Source of the DNA: Nitrospirota bacterium
GTDB lineage: Bacteria > Nitrospirota > Nitrospiria > Nitrospirales > Nitrospiraceae
Assembly: GCA_016201805.1 (NCBI GenBank)
Contig: JACQCB010000051.1
Location: forward strand, 1 to 30,666
Direction: 5' to 3'
Length of the DNA: 30,666 nucleotides
Part shown: positions 19,327 through 27,222 of the stretch, one piece after another
Position numbering within the stretch: the first letter of the stretch is position 1
How the letters are laid out: each line of letters opens with the position of its first letter
Program-made: the position numbers and the translations under genes
The notes under the pieces: generated by a model
Databases searched by the model: none
Seen by the model: the letters and a program-made list of their open reading frames with translations, nothing else
What the model was told of the DNA's origin: nothing

Positions 19327-19462
19327 CCGATATTTTTTATCGCCTTGCCCTCACCCGCATGACCCCGACCCTGCCCGTTCGAGTTGACACATCCCCACGC
19401 CCCCCCCACCAACCGGCGGGCCTAACGACTCGTCGCTGGCTTTCTCCAATAAGGCCTTCCAT

Positions 19463-19495
19463 CTCCACAACCTGCCGCTCCACAACAACCTGCCG
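19463..19495 (+). repeat. Imperfect tandem direct repeat (15 + 18 bp)
   Basis: CTCCACAACCTGCCG immediately followed by CTCCACAACAACCTGCCG. Confidence 0.65.
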
Positions 19496-19529
19496 TGAGC
19501 GAAATTTGCCCGACACGCCTTGGATTTCA

Positions 19530-19559
19530 TTGACAAATTGCAAAAGCCAGTGGTAGATT
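19530..19559 (+). promoter_or_regulatory. Candidate sigma70-type promoter upstream of the DUF151 pair
   Basis: TTGACA-18 nt-TAGATT with an extended -10 TG. Confidence 0.65.
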
Positions 19560-19610
19560 TACCCGTTCTTCAATTCGAATCGTTACAGACGACGCTGGGA
19601 TCGATCCGTT

Positions 19611-20066
19611 ATGATGACACAGATGACCGTGAAGGGGCTGATGTTCGATCCCTACAATAACGCGTACATCGTTATTTTGCGGGACGAGGACAACTCCGAC
19701 ATGTTGCCCATCTGGGTCGGGAAAGCAGAAGCCAGCTCGATCAGCTTCGCTCTGGAAGGGTCGGCGGCTCCCCGGCCGATGACGCATGACCTCATGCGAT
19801 CGCTCCTGGATACCGTCGATGCCAAGGTCCTGAGCGTGGTGGTCACCGACTTAAAAGACAATACCTATTATGCGAAAATCCATCTCATGGGCGAGGACTC
19901 CGAATACTCGGTTGACTCACGGCCCAGCGATGCCATTGCCTTGGCACTGCGAACGAACGCGCCTATTTTTGCCCGTGAGGAAGTGCTCCGCAAACAGGCA
20001 TCGGAAGAATTGGATCAATGGCTTGAGAATCTCAAGCCGGAGGACTTCGGCAAATATGAGTCGTGA
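19611..20066 (+). CDS. DUF151 / bifunctional nuclease (BFN) family protein, copy 1
   Basis: IVILRDE...LPIWVGKAEA.SI..AL....[29 protein letters not shown] and C-terminal WLENLKPEDFGKY. Confidence 0.92.
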   Translation: MMTQMTVKGLMFDPYNNAYIVILRDEDNSDMLPIWVGKAEASSISFALEGSAAPRPMTHDLMRSLLDTVDAKVLSVVVTDLKDNTYYAKIHLMGEDSEYSVDSRPSDAIALALRTNAPIFAREEVLRKQASEELDQWLENLKPEDFGKYES

Positions 20067-20090
20067 GCGCCGCGCCTGTTCGTCGATCGA

Positions 20091-20215
20091 CCCTGATCGT
20101 GCCGGAACGGTGGGGACACACGAGGCAAGAAAGACGCGCTTCAGCAAGAGCACAGCCTCCTGACAACCCATAACGCGCGGCCCTGCCTGGATGTAGTCCC
20201 CCTGCACGATCTTGG
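20091..20215. ncRNA. Candidate structured RNA (long imperfect rod) between the DUF151 genes; family unknown
   Basis: Nested complementary blocks: GATCGTGC 20095-20102/GCACGATC 20204-20211; GGGGAC 20112-17/GTCCCC 20196-201; ACA/TGT; AGGCA 20123-27/TGCCT 20184-88; CGCGC 20135-39/GCGCG 20175-79; TCAG/CTGA; GAG/CTC. Confidence 0.4.
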
Positions 20216-20304
20216 CTTCAGCCTGACTCGGCTGGTTGCAAAAGGGAGCCCGCAAACAACGGGCGCACGCGATAGGAACGTTGAGAGTTTGATTGGAACA
20301 CATC

Positions 20305-20787
20305 ATGATGGACGGCGATAAAGAATCCTCCGATCTGGTACGGTTGACGGTACACGGGGTCCTCCCCGATTCCAACACCGATACGCAGATCGTCATCCTC
20401 AGGGACGAAGAACATGCCGAGGTGCTCCCGATCTGGGTCGGCAGCGCGGAGGGCAACGCGATCCGCCTGGCCTTGGAAGGCGTGGTCCCGCCCCGTCCCA
20501 TGAGTCACGATTTAATCCGGAGCTTTGCCGATCACCTCAACATCAAGATCACCTCGGCGGTGATCACGGACGTCAAAAGCAACACCTACTATGCCACCGT
20601 CCACTTGACCGCCCACGGGCTCGAACGGACGATCGACTCCCGGCCGAGCGACGCCATCGCCTTGGCCTTGCGCGCGAATTGTCCTCTCTATGTGACGCAG
20701 GATGTGTTGAAGCAACGAGGGGGCAGCAACCTCGATGCCTGGCTGGAAAAACTGGAAGCGAAAAACCTGGGCAAACACGAAGTCTAG
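20305..20787 (+). CDS. DUF151 / bifunctional nuclease (BFN) family protein, copy 2
   Basis: IVILRDE...[14 protein letters not shown]....[15 protein letters not shown] and [14 protein letters not shown]. Start is ATG 20305/20308 or TTG 20293. Confidence 0.9.
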   Translation: MMDGDKESSDLVRLTVHGVLPDSNTDTQIVILRDEEHAEVLPIWVGSAEGNAIRLALEGVVPPRPMSHDLIRSFADHLNIKITSAVITDVKSNTYYATVHLTAHGLERTIDSRPSDAIALALRANCPLYVTQDVLKQRGGSNLDAWLEKLEAKNLGKHEV

Positions 20788-20834
20788 CACCGCGCGTCCC
20801 ACTGACGCAGCATTCGAGAACGGGGAAAGGAATC

Positions 20835-21263
20835 ATGGGAACCTATCTAGCAAAACCGGCAGAAGTAGTCAGGAAGTGGTACGTAGTCGACGCCAATGGG
20901 AGGACGCTGGGGCGACTGGCCGCGCGCGTGGCCGGCGTCTTGCGCGGCAAACACAAGCCCACGTTCACCCCTCACGTGGACACCGGCGACCACGTCGTAG
21001 TGATCAATGCGGGCAAGATCGCCCTCACCGGCGACAAGTTCCGCACCAAGACGTATATCCATCACACGGGCTTTCCCGGCGGGCTCAAGACCATCACGGC
21101 CGAGCACCTGCACGCCAAGAAGCCGACCGCGCTCGTCGAACGAGCCATCAAAGGCATGTTGCCCAAGAACACGCTCGGCAAGCAAATGGGGCGCAAGTTG
21201 AAAGTCTATGCGGGGGCGGAGCATCCCCACAAGGCCCAAGGCCCCGAACCGCTTACACTCTGA
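20835..21263 (+). CDS. rplM: 50S ribosomal protein L13
   Basis: [49 protein letters not shown] and LKVYAG..HPH.AQ. Start at ATG 20835 after GAAAGGA. Confidence 0.98.
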   Translation: MGTYLAKPAEVVRKWYVVDANGRTLGRLAARVAGVLRGKHKPTFTPHVDTGDHVVVINAGKIALTGDKFRTKTYIHHTGFPGGLKTITAEHLHAKKPTALVERAIKGMLPKNTLGKQMGRKLKVYAGAEHPHKAQGPEPLTL

Positions 21264-21301
21264 TTCATGATCGACTGAACGACTGAAGGAGAACCAGACA
21301 C

Positions 21302-21694
21302 ATGGCAGCAGCAATGCAATACGCAACCGGCAAGCGCAAATACGCCATCGCCCGGGCTTGGCTCTCGGCGGGCTCCGGCGAGATCGTGGTCAACCAACGC
21401 GCCTTTGAAAACTATTTTCCCCGCCCCTCGCTCAGAAGTTTGGTGCAGTACCCGCTCGAAGTCGCCGGGCTGCTCGGCAAGTACAACGTGAAGGCCACGC
21501 TGTGCGGCGGAGGGCCCACCGGCCAAGCCGGTGCGCTTCGACATGCCATCGCCAAAGCCTTGGTGACCATGACGCCGGCCCTGCGGGAGCCCCTCAAGAA
21601 AGAAGGCCTCCTGACCCGCGACTCGCGCGTCAAGGAACGGAAAAAGTACGGACAGAAAGGGGCCAGGAAACGCTTCCAGTACTCGAAGCGGTAA
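21302..21694 (+). CDS. rpsI: 30S ribosomal protein S9
   Basis: YATGKRK..IAR, GGGPTGQAGALRHAI and LTRDSRVKERKKYG...ARKRFQYSKR. Confidence 0.98.
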   Translation: MAAAMQYATGKRKYAIARAWLSAGSGEIVVNQRAFENYFPRPSLRSLVQYPLEVAGLLGKYNVKATLCGGGPTGQAGALRHAIAKALVTMTPALREPLKKEGLLTRDSRVKERKKYGQKGARKRFQYSKR

Positions 21695-21717
21695 AGACTT
21701 GGGGCTGCTGCCTATGG

Positions 21718-21748
21718 AAAAGGGAAGGCCTCGGGCCTTCCCTTTTTT
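21718..21748 (+). terminator. Rho-independent terminator after rpsI (potentially bidirectional)
   Basis: AAAA-GGGAAGGCC-TCG-GGCCTTCCC-TTTTTT. Confidence 0.9.
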
Positions 21749-21833
21749 ATGTTCTCAATCGGCGCACTCCATGGGGCTTTGCTGAGATGGGAGCTTTGTT
21801 AAGAATCTGTTTGATCGAGAGTACGGTGAACTC

Positions 21834-22937
21834 GTGACACGATCGGCAACAGTAGTCCATGTGGCAGTGGCAGGCGCCAGCGGCTATGCCGGCGCCGAAT
21901 TGCTGCGTCTGCTCATGGGCCATCCACGAGTCAAAATCACCGCCGTGACATCGGAGAAGTCGGCCGGCAGTCCCGTGGCCTCCGTCTTCCCGCACCTGGC
22001 TTCCGTGCTCCCCCTCTCGTTCGAAGCCTTGGCCCCGGAGGCGATCGCCAAGCGGGCCGACCTGGTCTTTTTGGCCCTTCCCCATACCACGTCGCTGATG
22101 CCGGCATCGGTCTGCCTGGCCGCAGGCAAGCACGTCGTGGATCTCAGCGCCGACTACAGGTTGAAGGATCCCGGCCAGTACGAAACCTGGTATCACACTC
22201 CTCACCCCTACCCGGATCTCCTCAAGGAAGCGGTGTACGGGCTCCCGGAGTTGCACAAGGACGCCATACGAACCGCTCGCCTGGTCGCATCGCCCGGCTG
22301 TTATCCGACCGCCGCTATCCTGCAATTAGCCCCCTTGGTGGCCAAGGGGCTGATCCAGCCGGACTCCATAGTCATCGATGCCAAGTCCGGCGTATCAGGA
22401 GCGGGCCGGAGCCCGGCCCTTGCCTACCATTTCCCTGAAGCCCATGAATCCATCGAGGCCTATAAAGTCGGCCGGCACCGCCATATTCCCGAGATCGAGC
22501 AGGAGTTGAGCGCGCTGGCAGGAAGCCTCAAGGGCAAGGGACAGCAGACAAGGACCGCCCACGACGCGGCCAAGATTCTCGTCGCCTTTACGCCGCACCT
22601 TGTCCCCATGAATCGTGGGATTCTCAGCACGGCGTATTGCCGGCTGAAGACCCCCCTCGGACGCGAGAACCTGCGAGCGCTCTACAAGGACTTTTACAAA
22701 AACGCGCGGTTCGTGCGCCTCCAGGACGGCGACGCATCCGCGAATCCGCGCCACGTGCGCGGCTCGAACTTCTGCGACCTGGCCCTGTTCACCGACGCCA
22801 GAACCGGCTGGGTGGTCACGGTCTGCGCCATCGACAACCTGGTCAAAGGCGCGGCCGGTCAGGCCATCCAAGCCATGAACCTGATGCTGGGGTTCCCGGA
22901 AGAAACGGGCCTCCTGGCTCCCGGAGTCTACCCGTGA
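21834..22937 (+). CDS. argC: N-acetyl-gamma-glutamyl-phosphate reductase
   Basis: VAVAGASGYAG, FLALPH, DLSADYRL, YGLPE, catalytic PGCYPT, DAKSGVSGAGR and IDNLVKGAAGQA; GTG start. Confidence 0.96.
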   Translation: MTRSATVVHVAVAGASGYAGAELLRLLMGHPRVKITAVTSEKSAGSPVASVFPHLASVLPLSFEALAPEAIAKRADLVFLALPHTTSLMPASVCLAAGKHVVDLSADYRLKDPGQYETWYHTPHPYPDLLKEAVYGLPELHKDAIRTARLVASPGCYPTAAILQLAPLVAKGLIQPDSIVIDAKSGVSGAGRSPALAYHFPEAHESIEAYKVGRHRHIPEIEQELSALAGSLKGKGQQTRTAHDAAKILVAFTPHLVPMNRGILSTAYCRLKTPLGRENLRALYKDFYKNARFVRLQDGDASANPRHVRGSNFCDLALFTDARTGWVVTVCAIDNLVKGAAGQAIQAMNLMLGFPEETGLLAPGVYP

Positions 22938-22971
22938 CTGCTTTCTCCGCCCTGCGACAGCTGCCGCGACC

Positions 22972-24192
22972 ATGACAGGCCGATCCTTCAAAAACATCAG
23001 AGGCGGGATCACGGCGCCACAGGGATTTCTGGCAGCCGGGATTCACGCCGGGATCAAAAAACAGGCCGTTCCCGACCTGGCCCTCGTCGTTTCCACCGGA
23101 GAAGGATCGATCGCCGGTGTCTTTACGACCAATCGAGTGACAGCCGCGCCGGTCGTCCTAGATCGTCTGCACCTTCGCGGCGGGATCGGCCGAGCCATCG
23201 TCGTCAACAGCGGCAACGCGAACGCCTGTACGGGAGCCCGAGGCCTGGCCGATGCGAAAGAAATGGCCCGCCTGGTCGCCGAACATCTCGGCACGACGAC
23301 CAACCATGTGTTTGTCGGTTCCACCGGCGTCATCGGCCAATCCCTCCCGATGGCGCGGATCAGACAGGGCATCCCTGCGATCATCAAACGCCTCCGCCGA
23401 AGCGGCGGACGGGACGCAGCCAGGGCCATTATGACCACCGACCTGACCGTCAAGGAGATCGCCGTCACGGCTCGGATTGCCGGCCATCGCATTACCGTGG
23501 GCGGGATGGCCAAAGGCTCCGGCATGATTCATCCCGACATGGCCACGATGCTGGCCTATCTCACGACCGATGCGGCCATCGCGCCGCCGACGCTCCAGCG
23601 AGCGCTCGCCGCCGCCGTCGCCCCGTCCTTCAACAGCATCTCGGTGGACGGCGACACCAGCACGAACGACACCGTCCTGTGCCTGGCCAACGGACTCGCG
23701 GAAAACCCCAGGCTCAAAACGGGGTCCCGAGAACTTGCCGCCTTCCAGGAATTGCTGTCCCACGTCTGCCACTCGCTTGCCATGCAGATCTGCCGGGACG
23801 GGGAAGGGGTCACCAAGGTTGTGCGGCTGCTCGTCACGAGAGCCAGGACCCAGGCCGAGGCCAAGCAAGTCGCCAAGACCATCGCGACCTCCAGCCTGGT
23901 GAAGACCGCGCTGTTCGGAGAAGATGCCAACTGGGGACGGATCATGGCCGCCATCGGCCGTTCGGGTGTCCCCATTGCCCCGCAGAAAATCGGCCTCGCC
24001 TTCGAGGGCATCCCGATCGTGCGCAACGGCGTGGGGCTCGGCCCGTCCGCCGAGCGACGCATCGACCGGGTGGTGCGTCGCAAGGAGTTTACGATTACTG
24101 TGGACCTCGGCCAAGGCTCGCACCGCGCCTGGCTCTGGACCACCGACCTGTCCTACGACTACGTGAAGATCAATGCCTCCTATCGCTCGTAG
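22972..24192 (+). CDS. argJ: Bifunctional ornithine acetyltransferase / N-acetylglutamate synthase
   Basis: AGVFTTN, VNSGNANACTG, STGVIG, IMTTD, GMAKGSGMIHPDMATML (autocleavage site), VDGDTSTND, DGEG.TK and terminal DLSYDYVKINASYRS. Confidence 0.97.
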   Translation: MTGRSFKNIRGGITAPQGFLAAGIHAGIKKQAVPDLALVVSTGEGSIAGVFTTNRVTAAPVVLDRLHLRGGIGRAIVVNSGNANACTGARGLADAKEMARLVAEHLGTTTNHVFVGSTGVIGQSLPMARIRQGIPAIIKRLRRSGGRDAARAIMTTDLTVKEIAVTARIAGHRITVGGMAKGSGMIHPDMATMLAYLTTDAAIAPPTLQRALAAAVAPSFNSISVDGDTSTNDTVLCLANGLAENPRLKTGSRELAAFQELLSHVCHSLAMQICRDGEGVTKVVRLLVTRARTQAEAKQVAKTIATSSLVKTALFGEDANWGRIMAAIGRSGVPIAPQKIGLAFEGIPIVRNGVGLGPSAERRIDRVVRRKEFTITVDLGQGSHRAWLWTTDLSYDYVKINASYRS

Positions 24193-24211
24193 GACCGGCC
24201 CTGGGCGCGGC

Positions 24212-24240
24212 TTGTAAAGCAACGCGAACTATGCTAAATT
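24212..24240 (+). promoter_or_regulatory. Candidate rpsB operon promoter
   Basis: TTGTAA-17 nt-TAAATT with an extended -10 TG. Confidence 0.65.
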
Positions 24241-24244
24241 TCAA

Positions 24245-24425
24245 CCCCTTGTAGGGATTTCGTTCCGTTTCAGTCGCAGGGCTTCGACAAAGGCAAGGAC
24301 CTGTCGGAGCGATTATTCAAATTCGCAGTGGCGTGTCCGCACGCCATTCAGCTTGGGAACAAGGGGAGAGAGACCTCTCGTCCGTTTCGACGGACGCGCT
24401 CCGCAAGCAAAGGAAGGAGGTGACA
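24245..24425 (+). promoter_or_regulatory. Structured 5' leader of rpsB (candidate S2-responsive element)
   Basis: Stems CCCCTTGT/ACAAGGGG, GCTTCGAC/GTCGGAGC, TGGCGTG-TCCG-CACGCCA, GAGAG/CTCTC and CGTCCG/CGGACG, followed by an AGGAGGT SD. Confidence 0.5.
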
Positions 24426-24432
24426 GCACAGC

Positions 24433-25218
24433 ATGGGGATGATCACGATCAAGGAACTGCTGGAGGCCGGCGTCCATTTCGGCCACCAAACCAACCGCTG
24501 GAACCCGAAGATGAAACGCTTCATTTTCGGCGAACGCAACGGCATCTACATCATCGATTTACAACAATCCGTCCAGCGCTTTGAGGCCGCCTACGCATTC
24601 GTCCGGGACATCGTCTCGGCGGGCGAATCCGTCCTGTTCGTCGGCACCAAGCGTCAGGCCGTGGACATTCTGGAAGAAGAAGCGAAACGGTCCCGCATGT
24701 TCTTCGTGAACAAGCGGTGGCTGGGCGGCATGCTGACCAACTTCCAGACCATCCGCAAGAGCATCGAGAAGCTGAAAAAGTTTGAGGCGGCCCTGACCGA
24801 CGGCACCCATCAGCGGTTGACTAAAAAAGAAGTCGGCCAGATGGAAAAAGAACGGGTGAAGCTGGAAAAGTATCTCAGCGGGATCAAGAACTTGAACAGC
24901 CTCCCCGGCTGCGTCTTCGTGCTGGACACCCGCGTCGAGCACATTGCGGTCCAGGAGGCCAACCGGCTGGGCATTCCGGTGCTCGCCATCATCGACACCA
25001 ACTGCGATCCGGACGGCATCGACTATCCGATCCCGGGGAACGATGACGCGATCCGGTCGATCAAGCTGATCACCTCGCGCATCGCCGATGCCTGCATCGA
25101 AGGCGCTCACCTGCGCGCGCAACGCGAGGACGGGGGCAAACCCGAGGGCACGACCGCAGCCGACCTGCGTCACTCCCACCCGGCCTCCATCGGAGTGGAA
25201 AGCGTCCCGACACTGTAA
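24433..25218 (+). CDS. rpsB: 30S ribosomal protein S2
   Basis: [37 protein letters not shown] and [22 protein letters not shown]. Confidence 0.98.
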   Translation: MGMITIKELLEAGVHFGHQTNRWNPKMKRFIFGERNGIYIIDLQQSVQRFEAAYAFVRDIVSAGESVLFVGTKRQAVDILEEEAKRSRMFFVNKRWLGGMLTNFQTIRKSIEKLKKFEAALTDGTHQRLTKKEVGQMEKERVKLEKYLSGIKNLNSLPGCVFVLDTRVEHIAVQEANRLGIPVLAIIDTNCDPDGIDYPIPGNDDAIRSIKLITSRIADACIEGAHLRAQREDGGKPEGTTAADLRHSHPASIGVESVPTL

Positions 25219-25290
25219 AGAGCCTGGCCCGGCGGGAGGATCGAGCCCGCCCGGCCGTCGTCATGAACGAAAGAGGAGTGAGTACGCGGC

Positions 25291-25887
25291 ATGGCATCCA
25301 ATAGCACCTTGGTGAAAGAACTACGCGAAAAAACCGGCGCCGGCATTCTGGATTGTCAGAAGGCGCTGACGGAATCCGGCAACGACATCGAGAAAGCCAT
25401 CGAGCATCTGCGGCAAAAGGGCCTGGCGGCCGCGCAAAAGAAGGCCGGTCGGGAGACGAATGAAGGGCTCATCAGCGCCTATATCCACCCCGGCAGCCGC
25501 ATCGGGGTCCTCATCGAGGTCAACTGCGAGACCGACTTCGTCGCACGGAACGAGGAATTCCAGGCCTTCGTGAAGGACCTCGCGCTCCAGGTCGCCGCGT
25601 CCAACCCCTCCTTCGTCAAACGGGAAGACATCCCGGCCGCGCTGATCGAGAAAGAGAAACAGATCTATCAGGCTCAGGCCAAGGAAATGGGGAAGCCGGA
25701 GGCGGCATGGGGCAAGATCGTGGAGGGCAAGCTGGAGAAGTTCCGTCAGGAAAGCTGCCTGCTGGAGCAGGCCTTCATCAAGAATCCCACGGTCACCATT
25801 AAAGACCTCTTGGCGCAGAAGATCGCGAAGATCGGCGAGAACATGTCCATCCGGCGCTTCACACGTTACCAGTTGGGCCACGAATGA
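25291..25887 (+). CDS. tsf: Elongation factor Ts (short 198-aa form)
   Basis: [36 protein letters not shown] and LLEQAFIK; sits between rpsB and pyrH. Confidence 0.97.
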   Translation: MASNSTLVKELREKTGAGILDCQKALTESGNDIEKAIEHLRQKGLAAAQKKAGRETNEGLISAYIHPGSRIGVLIEVNCETDFVARNEEFQAFVKDLALQVAASNPSFVKREDIPAALIEKEKQIYQAQAKEMGKPEAAWGKIVEGKLEKFRQESCLLEQAFIKNPTVTIKDLLAQKIAKIGENMSIRRFTRYQLGHE

Positions 25888-26609
25888 CCTCCGCCAAATA
25901 CCGGCGGATCCTCCTCAAGATCAGCGGCGAGATCCTGGCCGGTGACCAGGGTTACGGCATTCAGCCCGCGGTGCTCGAAACCATCGCAAACGAGATCGGC
26001 TCGGTCTCGACGCTCGGCGTGGAAGTGGCTGTCGTCATCGGCGGCGGCAATATCTTTCGCGGCCTGGCCGCCAGCGCCGGCGGGATGGAACGGGCCTCCG
26101 CCGACTACATGGGGATGCTCGCCACCGTGCTCAACGCCTTGGCCCTCCAAGACGCCCTCGAGCGCAAGGGCATTACCACCCGCGTACAGTCCGCCATCGA
26201 AATGCGGCAACTGGCGGAGGGGTACATCCGTCGGCGGGCCATCCGCCACCTAGAGAAAAAACGGGTGGTCATCTTCGCCGGCGGAACGGGCAACCCTTAC
26301 TTTTCCACCGACACCGCCGCCGCACTACGGGCAATGGAAATCGGCGCGGACGTGATCATGAAGGGCACCAAGGTGGACGGGATCTACGAGGCCGATCCGG
26401 CGACCCACCCGAAGGCCAAGATGTTCGCCGAACTGCCGTTCCTGTCGATTATCAACCAGCAATTGAAAGTCATGGACTCGACCGCCATCACGCTCTGCAT
26501 GGACAACAACCTCCCCCTGATCGTCTTTAATTTCAAGGCGCCGGGGAACCTCCTGAAGGTGGTGCGAGGAGAGAAGATCGGCACCCTGGTGACGGCAGCC
26601 AGTCATTGA
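25884..26609 (+). CDS. pyrH: Uridylate kinase
   Basis: [50 protein letters not shown] and MDSTA; ATGA overlap with tsf. Confidence 0.97.
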   Translation: MTSAKYRRILLKISGEILAGDQGYGIQPAVLETIANEIGSVSTLGVEVAVVIGGGNIFRGLAASAGGMERASADYMGMLATVLNALALQDALERKGITTRVQSAIEMRQLAEGYIRRRAIRHLEKKRVVIFAGGTGNPYFSTDTAAALRAMEIGADVIMKGTKVDGIYEADPATHPKAKMFAELPFLSIINQQLKVMDSTAITLCMDNNLPLIVFNFKAPGNLLKVVRGEKIGTLVTAASH

Positions 26610-26627
26610 CGCGGAAGAGGCCCTGCC

Positions 26628-27185
26628 ATGGCAAGCGCGACCAAACAAAAAGTGACCGAGCGCATGGAAGCCGCGCTGGAACACCTCAAGCGTGAACTGA
26701 GTTCCCTGCGGACCGGCCGGGCGTCGCTCGCACTGCTGGACGGGATCAAGGTGGACTACTACGGCACGCCGACTCCGTTGAAGCAAGTCGCCAACCTGGG
26801 GGTCCCGGAAAGCCGCTTGATCACCGTGCAACCCTGGGAGCCGGCCCTTATCAAGGAAATCGAAAAAGCGCTGCAAGCATCCGGGCTCGGCCTGACGCCC
26901 GCCAATGACGGGAAAGTCATCCGGCTTCCGATCCCGCCCCTGACCGAAGACCGACGGAAAGACCTTATCAAGCTCTGCAAGAAACACGGGGAAGAAAGCA
27001 AAGTGGTGCTCCGGACCATCCGGCGGGAAGGCAACGAGGAACTCAAGCACCTGCACAAAGACGGCACGCTGACCGAAGACGATCTGCGGAAGGCGGAAAC
27101 CGAAATTCAAAAGCTGACCGACCAGTACGTGCAAAAGATCGACCAGATTCTCAAGAAGAAGGAGGAGGAAATCTTAGAAATCTAA
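26628..27185 (+). CDS. frr: Ribosome recycling factor
   Basis: LRTGRAS..LLD.IKVDYYG..TPL.QVA, NDGKVIRLPIPPLTEDRRK and KKEEEILEI; 185 aa. Confidence 0.97.
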   Translation: MASATKQKVTERMEAALEHLKRELSSLRTGRASLALLDGIKVDYYGTPTPLKQVANLGVPESRLITVQPWEPALIKEIEKALQASGLGLTPANDGKVIRLPIPPLTEDRRKDLIKLCKKHGEESKVVLRTIRREGNEELKHLHKDGTLTEDDLRKAETEIQKLTDQYVQKIDQILKKKEEEILEI

Positions 27186-27222
27186 GGTCGCCTCCGTATC
27201 GGACCGGATCACGACAAACACC

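Noticed and set aside
19384-19412. TTGACA at 19384 as a second promoter
   Set aside because: No acceptable -10 hexamer at 16-18 nt spacing (the sequence there is CACCAA).
20057-20164. 35-codon ORF (MSRERRAC...) overlapping the end of DUF151 copy 1
   Set aside because: No SD and no recognisable features; it overlaps the structured element and is likely chance.
20091-20215. Assigning the rod to SRP RNA, 6S RNA or a TPP riboswitch
   Set aside because: UGUCAGG is present on the minus strand but the GNRA tetraloop and AGCAG of SRP helix 8 are not. It is too short, with too small a central bubble, for 6S. CCUGAUC is present but the TPP CUGAGA core is absent. It is kept only as an unassigned structure.
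21834-24192. argC-argJ wedged between ribosomal operons
   Set aside because: argC next to rplM-rpsI is a known arrangement in several phyla, and a strong terminator separates rpsI from argC.
25291-25887. EF-Ts of only 198 aa looks truncated
   Set aside because: The short homodimeric EF-Ts form (Thermus-type) is established. The ORF has intact motifs and overlaps pyrH normally.
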